Assembly: GCA_027061805.1 (NCBI GenBank)
Contig: JAMOWA010000018.1
Span: 128,042-192,041 of the forward strand
Reading direction: 5' to 3'
DNA length: 64,000 bases
Source: Thermoanaerobaculia bacterium
GTDB lineage: Bacteria; Acidobacteriota; Thermoanaerobaculia; Thermoanaerobaculales; Sulfomarinibacteraceae
Shown: positions 29,809 to 38,504 of the stretch, piece by piece
Layout of the letters: the number at the start of each line of letters is the position of its first letter
Position numbering within the stretch: position 1 is the first letter of the stretch
The notes under the pieces: generated by a model
The model's input: only the letters and a program-made list of their open reading frames with translations
Told to the model about the DNA's origin: nothing
Databases searched by the model: none
Made by a program: the position numbers and the translations under genes

Positions 29809-30807
29809 TCAGGGTGTCCATGGCGGGGTGTCTCCCTTCCGGAAGCGTGACAGGCCGCTGTCGGTCCCGAACCAGTAGCCCGTGTCGTCCTCGAGCATGA
29901 CCTTGACCTCCCTGCCGGCCAGGCCCCGGCCCGGCGGGATGCGGTGCCAGCTCCCGTCGGGCTCCAGGATGGCCATGCCGTGGTACTCGGACCCGAACCA
30001 CAGGCGCCCCCCGCGGTCGGGGAAGATGGAGCGGACCTTGGGCCCCGCAAGGCCGTCAGTTTCCCCGAGGAAGGACCAGTGTCCCCCGGAGAACCTGGCC
30101 GCTCCCCCGCGGCTGGCGAAGCCGGTTCCCACCCACAGGTCGCCGCGACCGTCGCGGACCACGGCATTCACCGAGGGGTGGGGGAGCTCCGCCCCCACGC
30201 TGCACCGGGTCCACGTGGTGCCGTCGAAGGCGACCAGGCCGCCCCGGGTGGGGTGGGAGCTGCCCAGCCAGAGGGTCCCGTCCCGGTCCACGAAGACCAG
30301 GTCGAAGGCCGGCAGGGTGGCTTCGGGCGGGATGGCGAGGCGCTGCCAGCCGGGCTCCGGTCCCACGGCCACACCGGCCTCGCCTCCCGCCAGGATCCGG
30401 CCCTCCGGGTCCTCCGCCAGTGCCAGCACCCGGCGCAGGCCGGGGAGTTCCCGGTGGCTCCAGAGCCCCTCCTCCCAGAGCTCGAGTCCCCCGTCGTGCC
30501 CCACCCACACGCGCCCCCTGCGGTCCGCGAGGATGGCCCAGACCCTGGGGAACTCCGGGGCGCCCTCCGGCACGGGTGCGGGATGGAGGGTGTGGCGGTC
30601 CACGAGCACCAGCCCGTCCCGTCCCCCGGTCCACAGGACCCCGTCCACCAGTGCGAGGGTGCACACCTCGGATGGGGGGCGGACGATGGTCCATCCGGGG
30701 TCCAGCCTGTGCCGCTCCACACCACGGGTGAGCATGGCGGTGAGCTGCCACAGCCCGGCGACCACGCCCAGTGCCGCGAGGAGCTGGAGAAGGGGTCGGA
30801 CCTTCAT
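29809..30807 (-). CDS. membrane-anchored beta-propeller protein (two-component-regulator propeller-like repeats)
   Basis: N-terminal TM helix, then repeated D..G.LW.G...GL units (VDGVLWTGGRDGL, RGRVWVGHDGGL, DGTLWLGSS, RGDLWVGTG, GGRLWFGSE, TGYWFGTDSGL). An ATGA overlap with the upstream ATPase gene. Confidence 0.55.
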   Translation of the reverse strand: MKVRPLLQLLAALGVVAGLWQLTAMLTRGVERHRLDPGWTIVRPPSEVCTLALVDGVLWTGGRDGLVLVDRHTLHPAPVPEGAPEFPRVWAILADRRGRVWVGHDGGLELWEEGLWSHRELPGLRRVLALAEDPEGRILAGGEAGVAVGPEPGWQRLAIPPEATLPAFDLVFVDRDGTLWLGSSHPTRGGLVAFDGTTWTRCSVGAELPHPSVNAVVRDGRGDLWVGTGFASRGGAARFSGGHWSFLGETDGLAGPKVRSIFPDRGGRLWFGSEYHGMAILEPDGSWHRIPPGRGLAGREVKVMLEDDTGYWFGTDSGLSRFRKGDTPPWTP

Positions 30808-31466
30808 GGTGCCTCCGCGGGAGCGGGCGGGAGCCGCCCCGCCTCGATCCGGACGACCCTGTGGGAAATCTCCCGGAGGTCCTCCGGCCGGTGGCTCACC
30901 AGCAGCACGGTCATGCCCTCCTCGCGGGCCGTGGTGACCACGTGGCCGAGGACCACGTCCCGGAGAGTGGGGTCCAGGTGGGCCAGCGGTTCGTCCAGCA
31001 GGAGGATCCTCGGCCCGGCCACGAGCGCCCGGGCAAGGGAGAGCCTGCGGGCCTCGCCTCCCGAGAGCTCGGCACCCCGCCGGTCCGCGAGGCCTGCGAG
31101 ACCCAGAGCGGCCAGGTGGATCTCCATCCGCTTCCGGGCCCCGGCTCCGGCCCGCGGCCCGGCCACGAACTCGAGGTGCTCCATGACGGTCATGTGGGGC
31201 CAGAGCGCGGGGTGCTGCATGGAGAGGCCCACGTCCCGACGGTGGGGCGGTACGAGCCGTCGCGGCGAGCTCACCAGCCGGCCGTCCAGCAGGATCTCCC
31301 CCGCATCGGGCCGCTCCAGGCCCGCCACCAGACGCAGGAGCGTGGTCTTGCCGGCCCCCGAGGGTCCGGTGACGGCCACGATCTCCCCTCGCGCCACCTC
31401 CAGCCGGACCTCCTCCAGCGCCGTGATCCGGCCGTGGAGTCTGTGAACGCCGCGGAGCACGATCAT
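30804..31466 (-). CDS. ABC transporter ATP-binding protein
   Basis: ATG 31466 (ATGA overlap with the permease stop). GPSGAGKT, LSGGEARR and LLLDEP motifs. Confidence 0.9.
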   Translation of the reverse strand: MIVLRGVHRLHGRITALEEVRLEVARGEIVAVTGPSGAGKTTLLRLVAGLERPDAGEILLDGRLVSSPRRLVPPHRRDVGLSMQHPALWPHMTVMEHLEFVAGPRAGAGARKRMEIHLAALGLAGLADRRGAELSGGEARRLSLARALVAGPRILLLDEPLAHLDPTLRDVVLGHVVTTAREEGMTVLLVSHRPEDLREISHRVVRIEAGRLPPAPAEAP

Positions 31467-33001
31467 GCCGCTGGCCTCCCGGCCGCCCCCCTGGAGACGA
31501 GCGCGGCCACCCCCAGCCCCGTCACGGTGGTGACCACCAGGAGGACGAGGCACAGGCCCCGCACGTCCTGGGCGGCCCCGTAGTGCAGGTAGTTGGAGAT
31601 CCGGATGGCCAGCGTCGAGCGCCCCGGCGGCAGCACCAGGAGGGTGGCGCCGAGCTCGCCCAGGCTCAGGGCGAAGACGAAGCCCGAGGCCGCCAGCACC
31701 GTGGGCGCCTCCAGATGGAGACGCACCCCCACCCATCCCGCCAGGGGGCCGGGCTGGAAGACCCGGACGGCGTCGATCCGGTCCCTCTGCCTCCGCCTCA
31801 GACCGGCCAGCAGCACGAAGGTGGCGAAGGGGGTGAACCGCAGCAGCGCGGCCAGCACCGGCAGGAGCGGGCTGTCCAGCAGCACCATGGGCAACACGGG
31901 GTTGAACACCGCAAGGAGGGCGATTCCCACCAGGGGTGCGGGAACGGCCAGGGGCACGAAGGCCAGGACCCACCACAAGGGGGAGCGGAGGCCCCGGGCG
32001 AGAGCAGAGGCGAGGGGGATCGCCAGGACCGCCGCGCTGGCCGCCACGATCAGGCTGAAGCCCAGCTCGGGGCCCGCCAGGGTCAGGCCGGAGACCACTC
32101 CCTTCCAGGAACCCGGCCGCGCAGCCAGGGAGACCACGGGAACGAGGAACTGGGCGGCGAGCACGGCCGCCACCACACCCTGGAGCCCCCGGAACCACGC
32201 GGGCCAGCGCCAGGCGATCCCCGCGAGACCGCCCGTCGTCCCGACCCTGGCCCGCCGGAGCGCCGGGATCACCAGGGCCAGCACCAGCACGGAGACCACG
32301 AGCGCGGGCAGGGCCAGGATCGTGGCCCGGGCCGCATCATGGCCCGCCGAGAACTCCGCGAAGATCTCCAGTGGGAAGGTGGTCACGGCATGGAGGGAGG
32401 GGACGTCGTGGGCAGTGGCCACCAGGAGGAAGGCGAGACCTGCGGAGGCGGCGAGGAAGGGGGCCGCCAGCGGAAGGACCACCCGGCCCAGTACCACCGG
32501 GTCGGCGCGGTGGAGGCGGGCCGCCTCCACGGAGGGCCGGGGGAGGTTCAGGATCCCCACGAGCCCCAGGGCCGTGGTGATGGGCAGTACCGCCATGGTC
32601 TCCACCCAGAGCACCATCCCCGGGCCGGAGGCGGGCGGGGGCGCACCACCCCCCGTGATCACCCCGGCCAGCCACCCCAGGGCGTCGTTCCAGGCCAGGG
32701 CATGAACGTAGGGCGGGAGGGGCGCCAGCAGCACGGGCAGCCAGCGGAGCAGCCGGTGGCGGCCGGCCCTTCCCGTGGCGAGCGTCAGGGCGCCCAGGAA
32801 GCCCAGGGCGGTGGCCACGACCGCGACACCACCCGCCAGGACCACGGTCGTGACGAGGAGAGTCCATCGCCGGCCGGTGGGCAGGGCCAGCGCCATGACC
32901 TCCGGCCGGGGCACTGCGAGGCGCAGTGCGGCGAGGACCAACGCACCCAGGGGAACCGTCACCAGCAGGAACCAGACGAGGCGGCCCGCGCGACCCGTCA
33001 T
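31463..33001 (-). CDS. ABC transporter permease, duplicated two-domain type
   Basis: 12 predicted TM helices. Paralogous to 26470..28071 in architecture. Confidence 0.8.
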   Translation of the reverse strand: MTGRAGRLVWFLLVTVPLGALVLAALRLAVPRPEVMALALPTGRRWTLLVTTVVLAGGVAVVATALGFLGALTLATGRAGRHRLLRWLPVLLAPLPPYVHALAWNDALGWLAGVITGGGAPPPASGPGMVLWVETMAVLPITTALGLVGILNLPRPSVEAARLHRADPVVLGRVVLPLAAPFLAASAGLAFLLVATAHDVPSLHAVTTFPLEIFAEFSAGHDAARATILALPALVVSVLVLALVIPALRRARVGTTGGLAGIAWRWPAWFRGLQGVVAAVLAAQFLVPVVSLAARPGSWKGVVSGLTLAGPELGFSLIVAASAAVLAIPLASALARGLRSPLWWVLAFVPLAVPAPLVGIALLAVFNPVLPMVLLDSPLLPVLAALLRFTPFATFVLLAGLRRRQRDRIDAVRVFQPGPLAGWVGVRLHLEAPTVLAASGFVFALSLGELGATLLVLPPGRSTLAIRISNYLHYGAAQDVRGLCLVLLVVTTVTGLGVAALVSRGAAGRPAA

Positions 33002-34062
33002 CGGGAGAAGATCTCGACCAGAGCCCGGCGGCTGTCCCCGATCCGGTCATGGATGGCGTCGAGCCCCAGCTCCATGACACGGATCGGCGCCGTTCCCAGG
33101 CAGGGAGCCCTGGGGCCACCGGGCCGGACCGAGAGCTGGACGCAGCCACTCTCGATCAGCCGCTGCTCCGTCCCGGCGTCCACCAGGTACTCCACGAGCT
33201 TCCTGGCCTCGCGGGGATGCGGCGCACCGGCGACCACCGCCACGGTTCCCGGGATGAGAAGCGTCCCCGCCCCCCCCTGGTCGGGAAGGACGATCCGCAC
33301 GGGCGCACCGGCCTCCACGGCCCGGCAGGCGTCGTCGGAGTCCGTGAGGCCCCAGTCCAGCCGGCCCGCCACCACCAGGTCCCGGACGCCGGCGTTCCCG
33401 TCGGCCACGTGGACCCCGCGGTCCGCGAGCGCCCGGAAGAAGCGCTCCGCCTCCGGAGGCCCCCACAGGGCGAAGAGGGCGGCCGCATGGGTCGCCGTGG
33501 TCCCGAAGAGCGGGTTGGCGAGGCCCACCCTCGAGGGCTCCGCGGTGAGGAGGTCCTCCACGGAGCGCGGCATGGCCTCCTCCGGCACCCTCCGGGTGTT
33601 CACCAGGAGGACACGGACCCTGCACCCCACCCCCGTCCAGAGATCCCGGGACGACCGCATGGTCCCGGGGACGTCTCCGGCCGTTGCCGGGCGGCAGGCC
33701 TCCAGGAGACCCCGGGCCGCGAGCAGGAGCGTCTGGGAGAACTCCGAGTTCCAGAAGACGTCGGCCCGGGGACGTCTTCTCTCGGCGATGATCCGCTGCA
33801 CCAGTCCCACGGTCTTGGCGGCCTCCACGTCGAAGACCGGACGCACGCGGATCCCCGTCCGCTCGGCGAACTCGCGCAGGATGGGCTCCGAGTAGACCTG
33901 GTCCACGGAGGTGTAGACCACCACGGTCCTGGAGGCCTCCCGGGAGCAGGCCAGAGTCACCAGTACCAGGCCGCACAGGAGGGTGGAGAGTGCGGGGGCT
34001 CCGCGCCCCCGGTGGTGCCCGGGCTCCGGTCGTCGTCGATGGGGATGCAACGGTGCTGACAT
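32998..34062 (-). CDS. ABC transporter substrate-binding lipoprotein (paralogue of 25413..26444)
   Basis: ATG 34062 inside track ORF 32998..35844. Lipobox LVTLAC. VVVYTSVDQVYSEPILREFAERTGIRVR...DVFWNSE parallels the other binding protein. Confidence 0.8.
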   Translation of the reverse strand: MSAPLHPHRRRPEPGHHRGRGAPALSTLLCGLVLVTLACSREASRTVVVYTSVDQVYSEPILREFAERTGIRVRPVFDVEAAKTVGLVQRIIAERRRPRADVFWNSEFSQTLLLAARGLLEACRPATAGDVPGTMRSSRDLWTGVGCRVRVLLVNTRRVPEEAMPRSVEDLLTAEPSRVGLANPLFGTTATHAAALFALWGPPEAERFFRALADRGVHVADGNAGVRDLVVAGRLDWGLTDSDDACRAVEAGAPVRIVLPDQGGAGTLLIPGTVAVVAGAPHPREARKLVEYLVDAGTEQRLIESGCVQLSVRPGGPRAPCLGTAPIRVMELGLDAIHDRIGDSRRALVEIFSR

Positions 34063-34194
34063 GGTGGCTGGCACGGATTGTTCCTCCCGCCATGGTACCA
34101 GCGTGCGGTGACCCTCGTCCCCACCGGCTGCGGGAAGCCCCGGGGCGTGCTCCGGAACCGTGGAGGGAGCACCGTGTTCTGGTAGCATCATGGG

Positions 34195-36000
34195 GTGGAT
34201 TTCCAGGAAGGATCCCGCCACTACACCACCCTCTGTGAGAAACGGGCCCGGGGGGAGCTCGACGATGCCGCCTTTGCCGCGGCGGTGGCCGCGATCCGGG
34301 TGACCGACGCCTCCGGCTACACCTGGACCCTCGACACGGGTGGCCGCTGGCTCTACTGGAACGGCTCCGCATGGGTGGCCCCTCCGGGTGGCCCTCCCGC
34401 CGCGGGAGCCGGTGCACCCCGGCCGGAGGCGGCGCCGGCGAAGGCCGCCGGGACCGCTGGGGGTACCGTGCCCGCCTCCGGTGCCGGCCAGGAGCTCGAG
34501 GCGTGGCTGCGCCGCGTCCTGCGGTGGTTCCCCATGATCCTCGGGACCCTGAGGGGACGCCTTCCCCCCACGTCGGTCTTTCTCCAGCAGATGCGGCACG
34601 TGCCGCTCCGGAAGCGGCCCCAGCCCTGGTGGGACATGCTGGCGATCCTGGGGGGAGCCGCCGCGGGCACGCTGTGGTTCCTGTACTCCTCCGTCCGGGG
34701 CCTGCCGCACTTCATCCCGCTCCAGCGGGAGTTCGAGAGCTCCGCGGATTTCATCCCGCCCCTGCTGCTCGGCGTCGGTGCGTTCCTCCTGTGGACCTTC
34801 CGGAGGCGGGTGGCCGGGGCCCTCCAGCCGCTCCTGGCCCCCCTGCGGAAGGTTCCCCTGCTGGGCCGCTTCGCCATGGGCGGCGGAGTGCTGTTGATCG
34901 GCTGGCTGATCCGCACCAGGAGCGGGCTCTTCCAGGACCGGGAGGGTATGGATCTCATCACGCCGCTCCTGATGGTGGCTCTCCCCGTGCTCATCGTGGT
35001 GTTCCGGGAGCCCCTGGATGCCATCCTTCGCCCCCTGGACCCCTGTCGCCGGAGGATCCCGAGAATCGTCCTGGTGATCCTGGGCCTCGCGGCACCCTAC
35101 TTCGTGGCCCACATCCTCTACCGGTGGTTCGGTCTCATCCAGTACCCCTTCCTCCGGGCCTCGGTGGTCTTCGGCACCATGATCTCCTACGCCATACTCA
35201 GGACGCCTGCGGGTGTCCCTCCGCGGGGCAGGGGCAGGGACCCTGCAGGGCGGGGCCGGGCGGCGCCGACCGGTGGGGCCACCCCACCCCCCCTCCCCGG
35301 CAACGCCGGTTCCGCCCTGAGCCGGCGGACGGCCTGGGTGGGGCTGGCGTGGATGATCGGCATCCACCTCCTCATGGTCACCCCGGCCCTGGCCGACGAC
35401 TTCCTCCGGGACCCCTTCAACGCCAACGACGGCCTCCGGACCCCCGGCGTGGCCGAGGCCATCGCGGGCACGGTCACGGTGATCGTGTCGGGCCTGGTCA
35501 ACGGGGCCGAGGTGGTCCGCACGGTCATCGAGGTCCGGGAGGAGTCCGGCGCGGCCGGTGGGGAGGGTGCGGGTGGGGCGGTGGGAACGCCGGCGGGTGC
35601 GGGTGGGGATGGGGGTGAGGAACAGGAGCCGCGACAGGTCCAGATCGTGGTCAACACCACGGATGCCAGCGGGTCCCCCGGAACCCGCCTGGAAACCGGG
35701 GTCAACGACGCCGTCTTCATCTATGCCTACGCCGTGGAGGTGGGGAAGGGAGGCCTCGACGGGGTCACCGGGAGCCTGGGCTTCCACCTGGAGTCGGGTC
35801 CTCCCTTCGTGTTCCTCACGGACCATGGCATGACCGGGGGACAACGCTGCGCCGGGGTGCAGTTCGAGTCGCCCCTTCCGGACGGGCCGCCACCGTCCTC
35901 CGTGGTGGCGAGGGTCTCCGCCGTGGTGGAGGGGAAGACCATCTCGGTCCCGGTGACCCTGGAGCTCGTGGTGGCACCGTATGTCGTTCGGTTCCGGTAG
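34195..36000 (+). CDS. polytopic membrane protein of unknown function
   Basis: Only start is GTG 34195, with no clear SD. N-terminal W-rich module (GYTWTLDTGGRWLYWNGSAWV), at least 7 hydrophobic helices, and a C-terminal beta-rich soluble domain. Confidence 0.6.
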   Translation: MDFQEGSRHYTTLCEKRARGELDDAAFAAAVAAIRVTDASGYTWTLDTGGRWLYWNGSAWVAPPGGPPAAGAGAPRPEAAPAKAAGTAGGTVPASGAGQELEAWLRRVLRWFPMILGTLRGRLPPTSVFLQQMRHVPLRKRPQPWWDMLAILGGAAAGTLWFLYSSVRGLPHFIPLQREFESSADFIPPLLLGVGAFLLWTFRRRVAGALQPLLAPLRKVPLLGRFAMGGGVLLIGWLIRTRSGLFQDREGMDLITPLLMVALPVLIVVFREPLDAILRPLDPCRRRIPRIVLVILGLAAPYFVAHILYRWFGLIQYPFLRASVVFGTMISYAILRTPAGVPPRGRGRDPAGRGRAAPTGGATPPPLPGNAGSALSRRTAWVGLAWMIGIHLLMVTPALADDFLRDPFNANDGLRTPGVAEAIAGTVTVIVSGLVNGAEVVRTVIEVREESGAAGGEGAGGAVGTPAGAGGDGGEEQEPRQVQIVVNTTDASGSPGTRLETGVNDAVFIYAYAVEVGKGGLDGVTGSLGFHLESGPPFVFLTDHGMTGGQRCAGVQFESPLPDGPPPSSVVARVSAVVEGKTISVPVTLELVVAPYVVRFR

Positions 36001-36035
36001 GGGGTGCGCGGACCTCGCAGGAGGGGAGCAGGAGG

Positions 36036-38504
36036 ATGGCTGAAAAGACGTACCGGCTTCCTTTCGACGCCGAGAGCGGACGCTACGAGAAGGAGACCAT
36101 CGTGGCCGACGTGGTCCGGAGGGGGCAGGAGGCGCCCTGTCCCCTGGAGCGGGCCGAGTTCCAGTTCCCGGAGGAGCTCTTCGAGCTCACGGTGGAGTTC
36201 GAGCCGGGCGCCGAGGAGGTCCGGGCGGAGGTGGCGCTCCGGGAGGAGGTCTACGAGGCCAGCGACTTCACCACCCTCGCCGAGAAGGATCACGAGCTCC
36301 TCCTGGAGGTGGTGCCCCGGGAGGGGACCGCGGATGGGGGCTTCAAGCCGGGGCCCGTCCTCAGGAAGTCCTGCCTGGTGCAGTGCGAGCCGGTGCGCCC
36401 CGCCATGGTCCTGAAGGAGCCGAGCGAGGAGGAGCTGCCGCTGCCCGCCGTGGGGGACGAGCAGACCACCTTGGTGCTCCAGGTGACCATGGGTGCCGGA
36501 GGGAGGCCCTGGAAGGGGCTGGAGCTCCGGTGGGAGCGGCTGGAGGGGGGCTGCTCCGTCCACGGCACCCTCGAGGGCGGTTCTGCCGTCACGGACGAGG
36601 CCGGGGAGATCCAGCTGAGCTACACCGCCCCCAGGCTCTGCTACAGGCCGGGGGAGAAGTACTTCGAGGAGTATCGCTTCCTCGGGACCGGTCCCCAGGA
36701 GCAGGAGCTCTTCCGGCTGAAGATCCCCCTGGCACCGCTGATCGTGTACCGGATGAAGGCGGAGAAGGTCCAGGAGCTGAATGACGGGGAATACGGCATC
36801 GAGGGGCCCCCGACCGAGGTGGTGGAGATCGATCCCCGCGACCGGGTGAAGGCCCTCGAGGGCACCTTGCTCCTCACGACCACGATCCGCGGCAGGGAGC
36901 AGCAGGACCCGGTGGCCGACATGGAGTGCTCCATCCTGCTGGGGGACGAGAACGGCGTTCCGGAGGATCAGGAGGGGATCAAGCTCACCACCGATGCCCA
37001 GGGCACGATCCGCTGGGAGGTCCCGGAGCTCGCCGCGGCCTTCGGGAACCGGGGGACCACCCGCCAGCTCTCCACGGAGCGGGGGGAGCTCCCCCGCCTG
37101 GAGCTCACCGAGGCCACACGGAAGGTGCTGGAGTTCTACGAATCGCGGTTCGACCACCAGAGCTTCCCCAGGGGTGTCTTCCAGGGCGGCCTGGAGGAGG
37201 AGCTCCGGTCGTACCGTCTCGTCCACAGCCGGCAGCTGGCCTCACGGGAGACCGCCGCCTACCAGAAGATCCGGGACACCCTGGAGATCCTCTCGATCGG
37301 GACGCGCTACGCGGGGTCCTTCCGCCGGTGCTTCACGGAGCAGTTCTCGCCGCTGCTGGGCGTCCTCGGCGACACCTTCTGGGAATACTTCAACTACATC
37401 TGGAACCTCAAGGACATGGCGGGGAAGATCATCGCCGGGCTGACCGGCGGCGCCTCGGCCATCGCCCGGGCCATCGCCAGCCGCTGCGAGGGCTCCGTCT
37501 CGTTCCTCCGGACCCTCCTGGCGCGGATCCGGCCTCTGCAGTGGGCCATCGACAGGGCCATGGGTTTCTTCGAGTGGCTGGTGACGAAGGTGGAGGGGCT
37601 CGCCGCCTTTGCCGGGAAGCTTGTGGGGAAGCTCCGCCAGACCGCCCTCGACCTGGCGAGGGAGGCCACGGAGCTCGTCGGCCTGATGGACCAGGTGGAA
37701 TCCAGGGGACTGAAGATCCTGGCGGTCCTCGCCGCCGGGATCAAGGGGCTCGTGGCCACCGTGGCACGGGGCATCGGTCACCTGCTCCAGGGGGCGGTGG
37801 GGGTGCTCGAGAGGTTCGCCTTCTGGCTCATGACCAACGCGGTGGTGGGCCTGCGCGTCTTCGAGCGGAGCTTCTTCGAGCACATGGAGGACCACACCGG
37901 CATGGAGGCCATCCACCGGGGGATCCAGTACTTCATGGAGGCCCTGGGGGCGCGCTGGCACGGGAAGCTCGCCGGGGAGGGGATCACGGTCCAGGTCGAG
38001 AACTACCTCCAGAGCCTCCTGGAGACCTTCTTCGGGAAGGGGGGGTGGGTCACCGGAGGGGCCTCCCGGGCGGTGTCGAACTTCGCCTCACTGAACCTCT
38101 TCGATCCGTCGGCCACGGTGGCCGTCCGGAGCCTCCACCGGGCGTGTTCGGACCTCAGGGCGGCCGATGATCCGGAGGAGAAGGTCGCAACCACCAGGGA
38201 GATGGCCTCCAGCGTGGCCCAGACCCAGCTCACCTACGAGAAGTCGTTCATCATGGGCGAGGCCATCAAGATGTTCGTGGACAGCATGAAGATCCCCGTC
38301 CAGGTGGCCCTGGCGGCGGTGGTGACACTGACCACCCTGGGAGGCGGGGCCGTGGCCGTGGGCAGCATCTGCACCAAGATGGAGGTCATCATCTCCACCC
38401 TCGCCATCTGCCTGCTCGACGTGCCCCACGCCGTCACCATCTTCCTGGGGGCCTACCTCATCCAGCAGGCCTACCTGACGGCCGTGGCCAACCTGGAGGC
38501 CTGA
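36036..38504 (+). CDS. 822-aa protein of unknown function: beta-rich N-terminal half, long amphipathic-helical half, C-terminal hydrophobic hairpin
   Basis: AGGAGGATGG context. Codon bias matches neighbouring genes. No signal peptide. I recognise no family motif. Confidence 0.7.
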   Translation: MAEKTYRLPFDAESGRYEKETIVADVVRRGQEAPCPLERAEFQFPEELFELTVEFEPGAEEVRAEVALREEVYEASDFTTLAEKDHELLLEVVPREGTADGGFKPGPVLRKSCLVQCEPVRPAMVLKEPSEEELPLPAVGDEQTTLVLQVTMGAGGRPWKGLELRWERLEGGCSVHGTLEGGSAVTDEAGEIQLSYTAPRLCYRPGEKYFEEYRFLGTGPQEQELFRLKIPLAPLIVYRMKAEKVQELNDGEYGIEGPPTEVVEIDPRDRVKALEGTLLLTTTIRGREQQDPVADMECSILLGDENGVPEDQEGIKLTTDAQGTIRWEVPELAAAFGNRGTTRQLSTERGELPRLELTEATRKVLEFYESRFDHQSFPRGVFQGGLEEELRSYRLVHSRQLASRETAAYQKIRDTLEILSIGTRYAGSFRRCFTEQFSPLLGVLGDTFWEYFNYIWNLKDMAGKIIAGLTGGASAIARAIASRCEGSVSFLRTLLARIRPLQWAIDRAMGFFEWLVTKVEGLAAFAGKLVGKLRQTALDLAREATELVGLMDQVESRGLKILAVLAAGIKGLVATVARGIGHLLQGAVGVLERFAFWLMTNAVVGLRVFERSFFEHMEDHTGMEAIHRGIQYFMEALGARWHGKLAGEGITVQVENYLQSLLETFFGKGGWVTGGASRAVSNFASLNLFDPSATVAVRSLHRACSDLRAADDPEEKVATTREMASSVAQTQLTYEKSFIMGEAIKMFVDSMKIPVQVALAAVVTLTTLGGGAVAVGSICTKMEVIISTLAICLLDVPHAVTIFLGAYLIQQAYLTAVANLEA

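Noticed and set aside
34063-34194. A possible TPP or cobalamin riboswitch in the leader of the minus-strand ABC importer (and upstream of the mutase gene)
   Set aside because: Neither the CUGAGA/ACCUGAUCUGGAUAAUGCCAGCG TPP core nor a GCCACUG B12 box is present.
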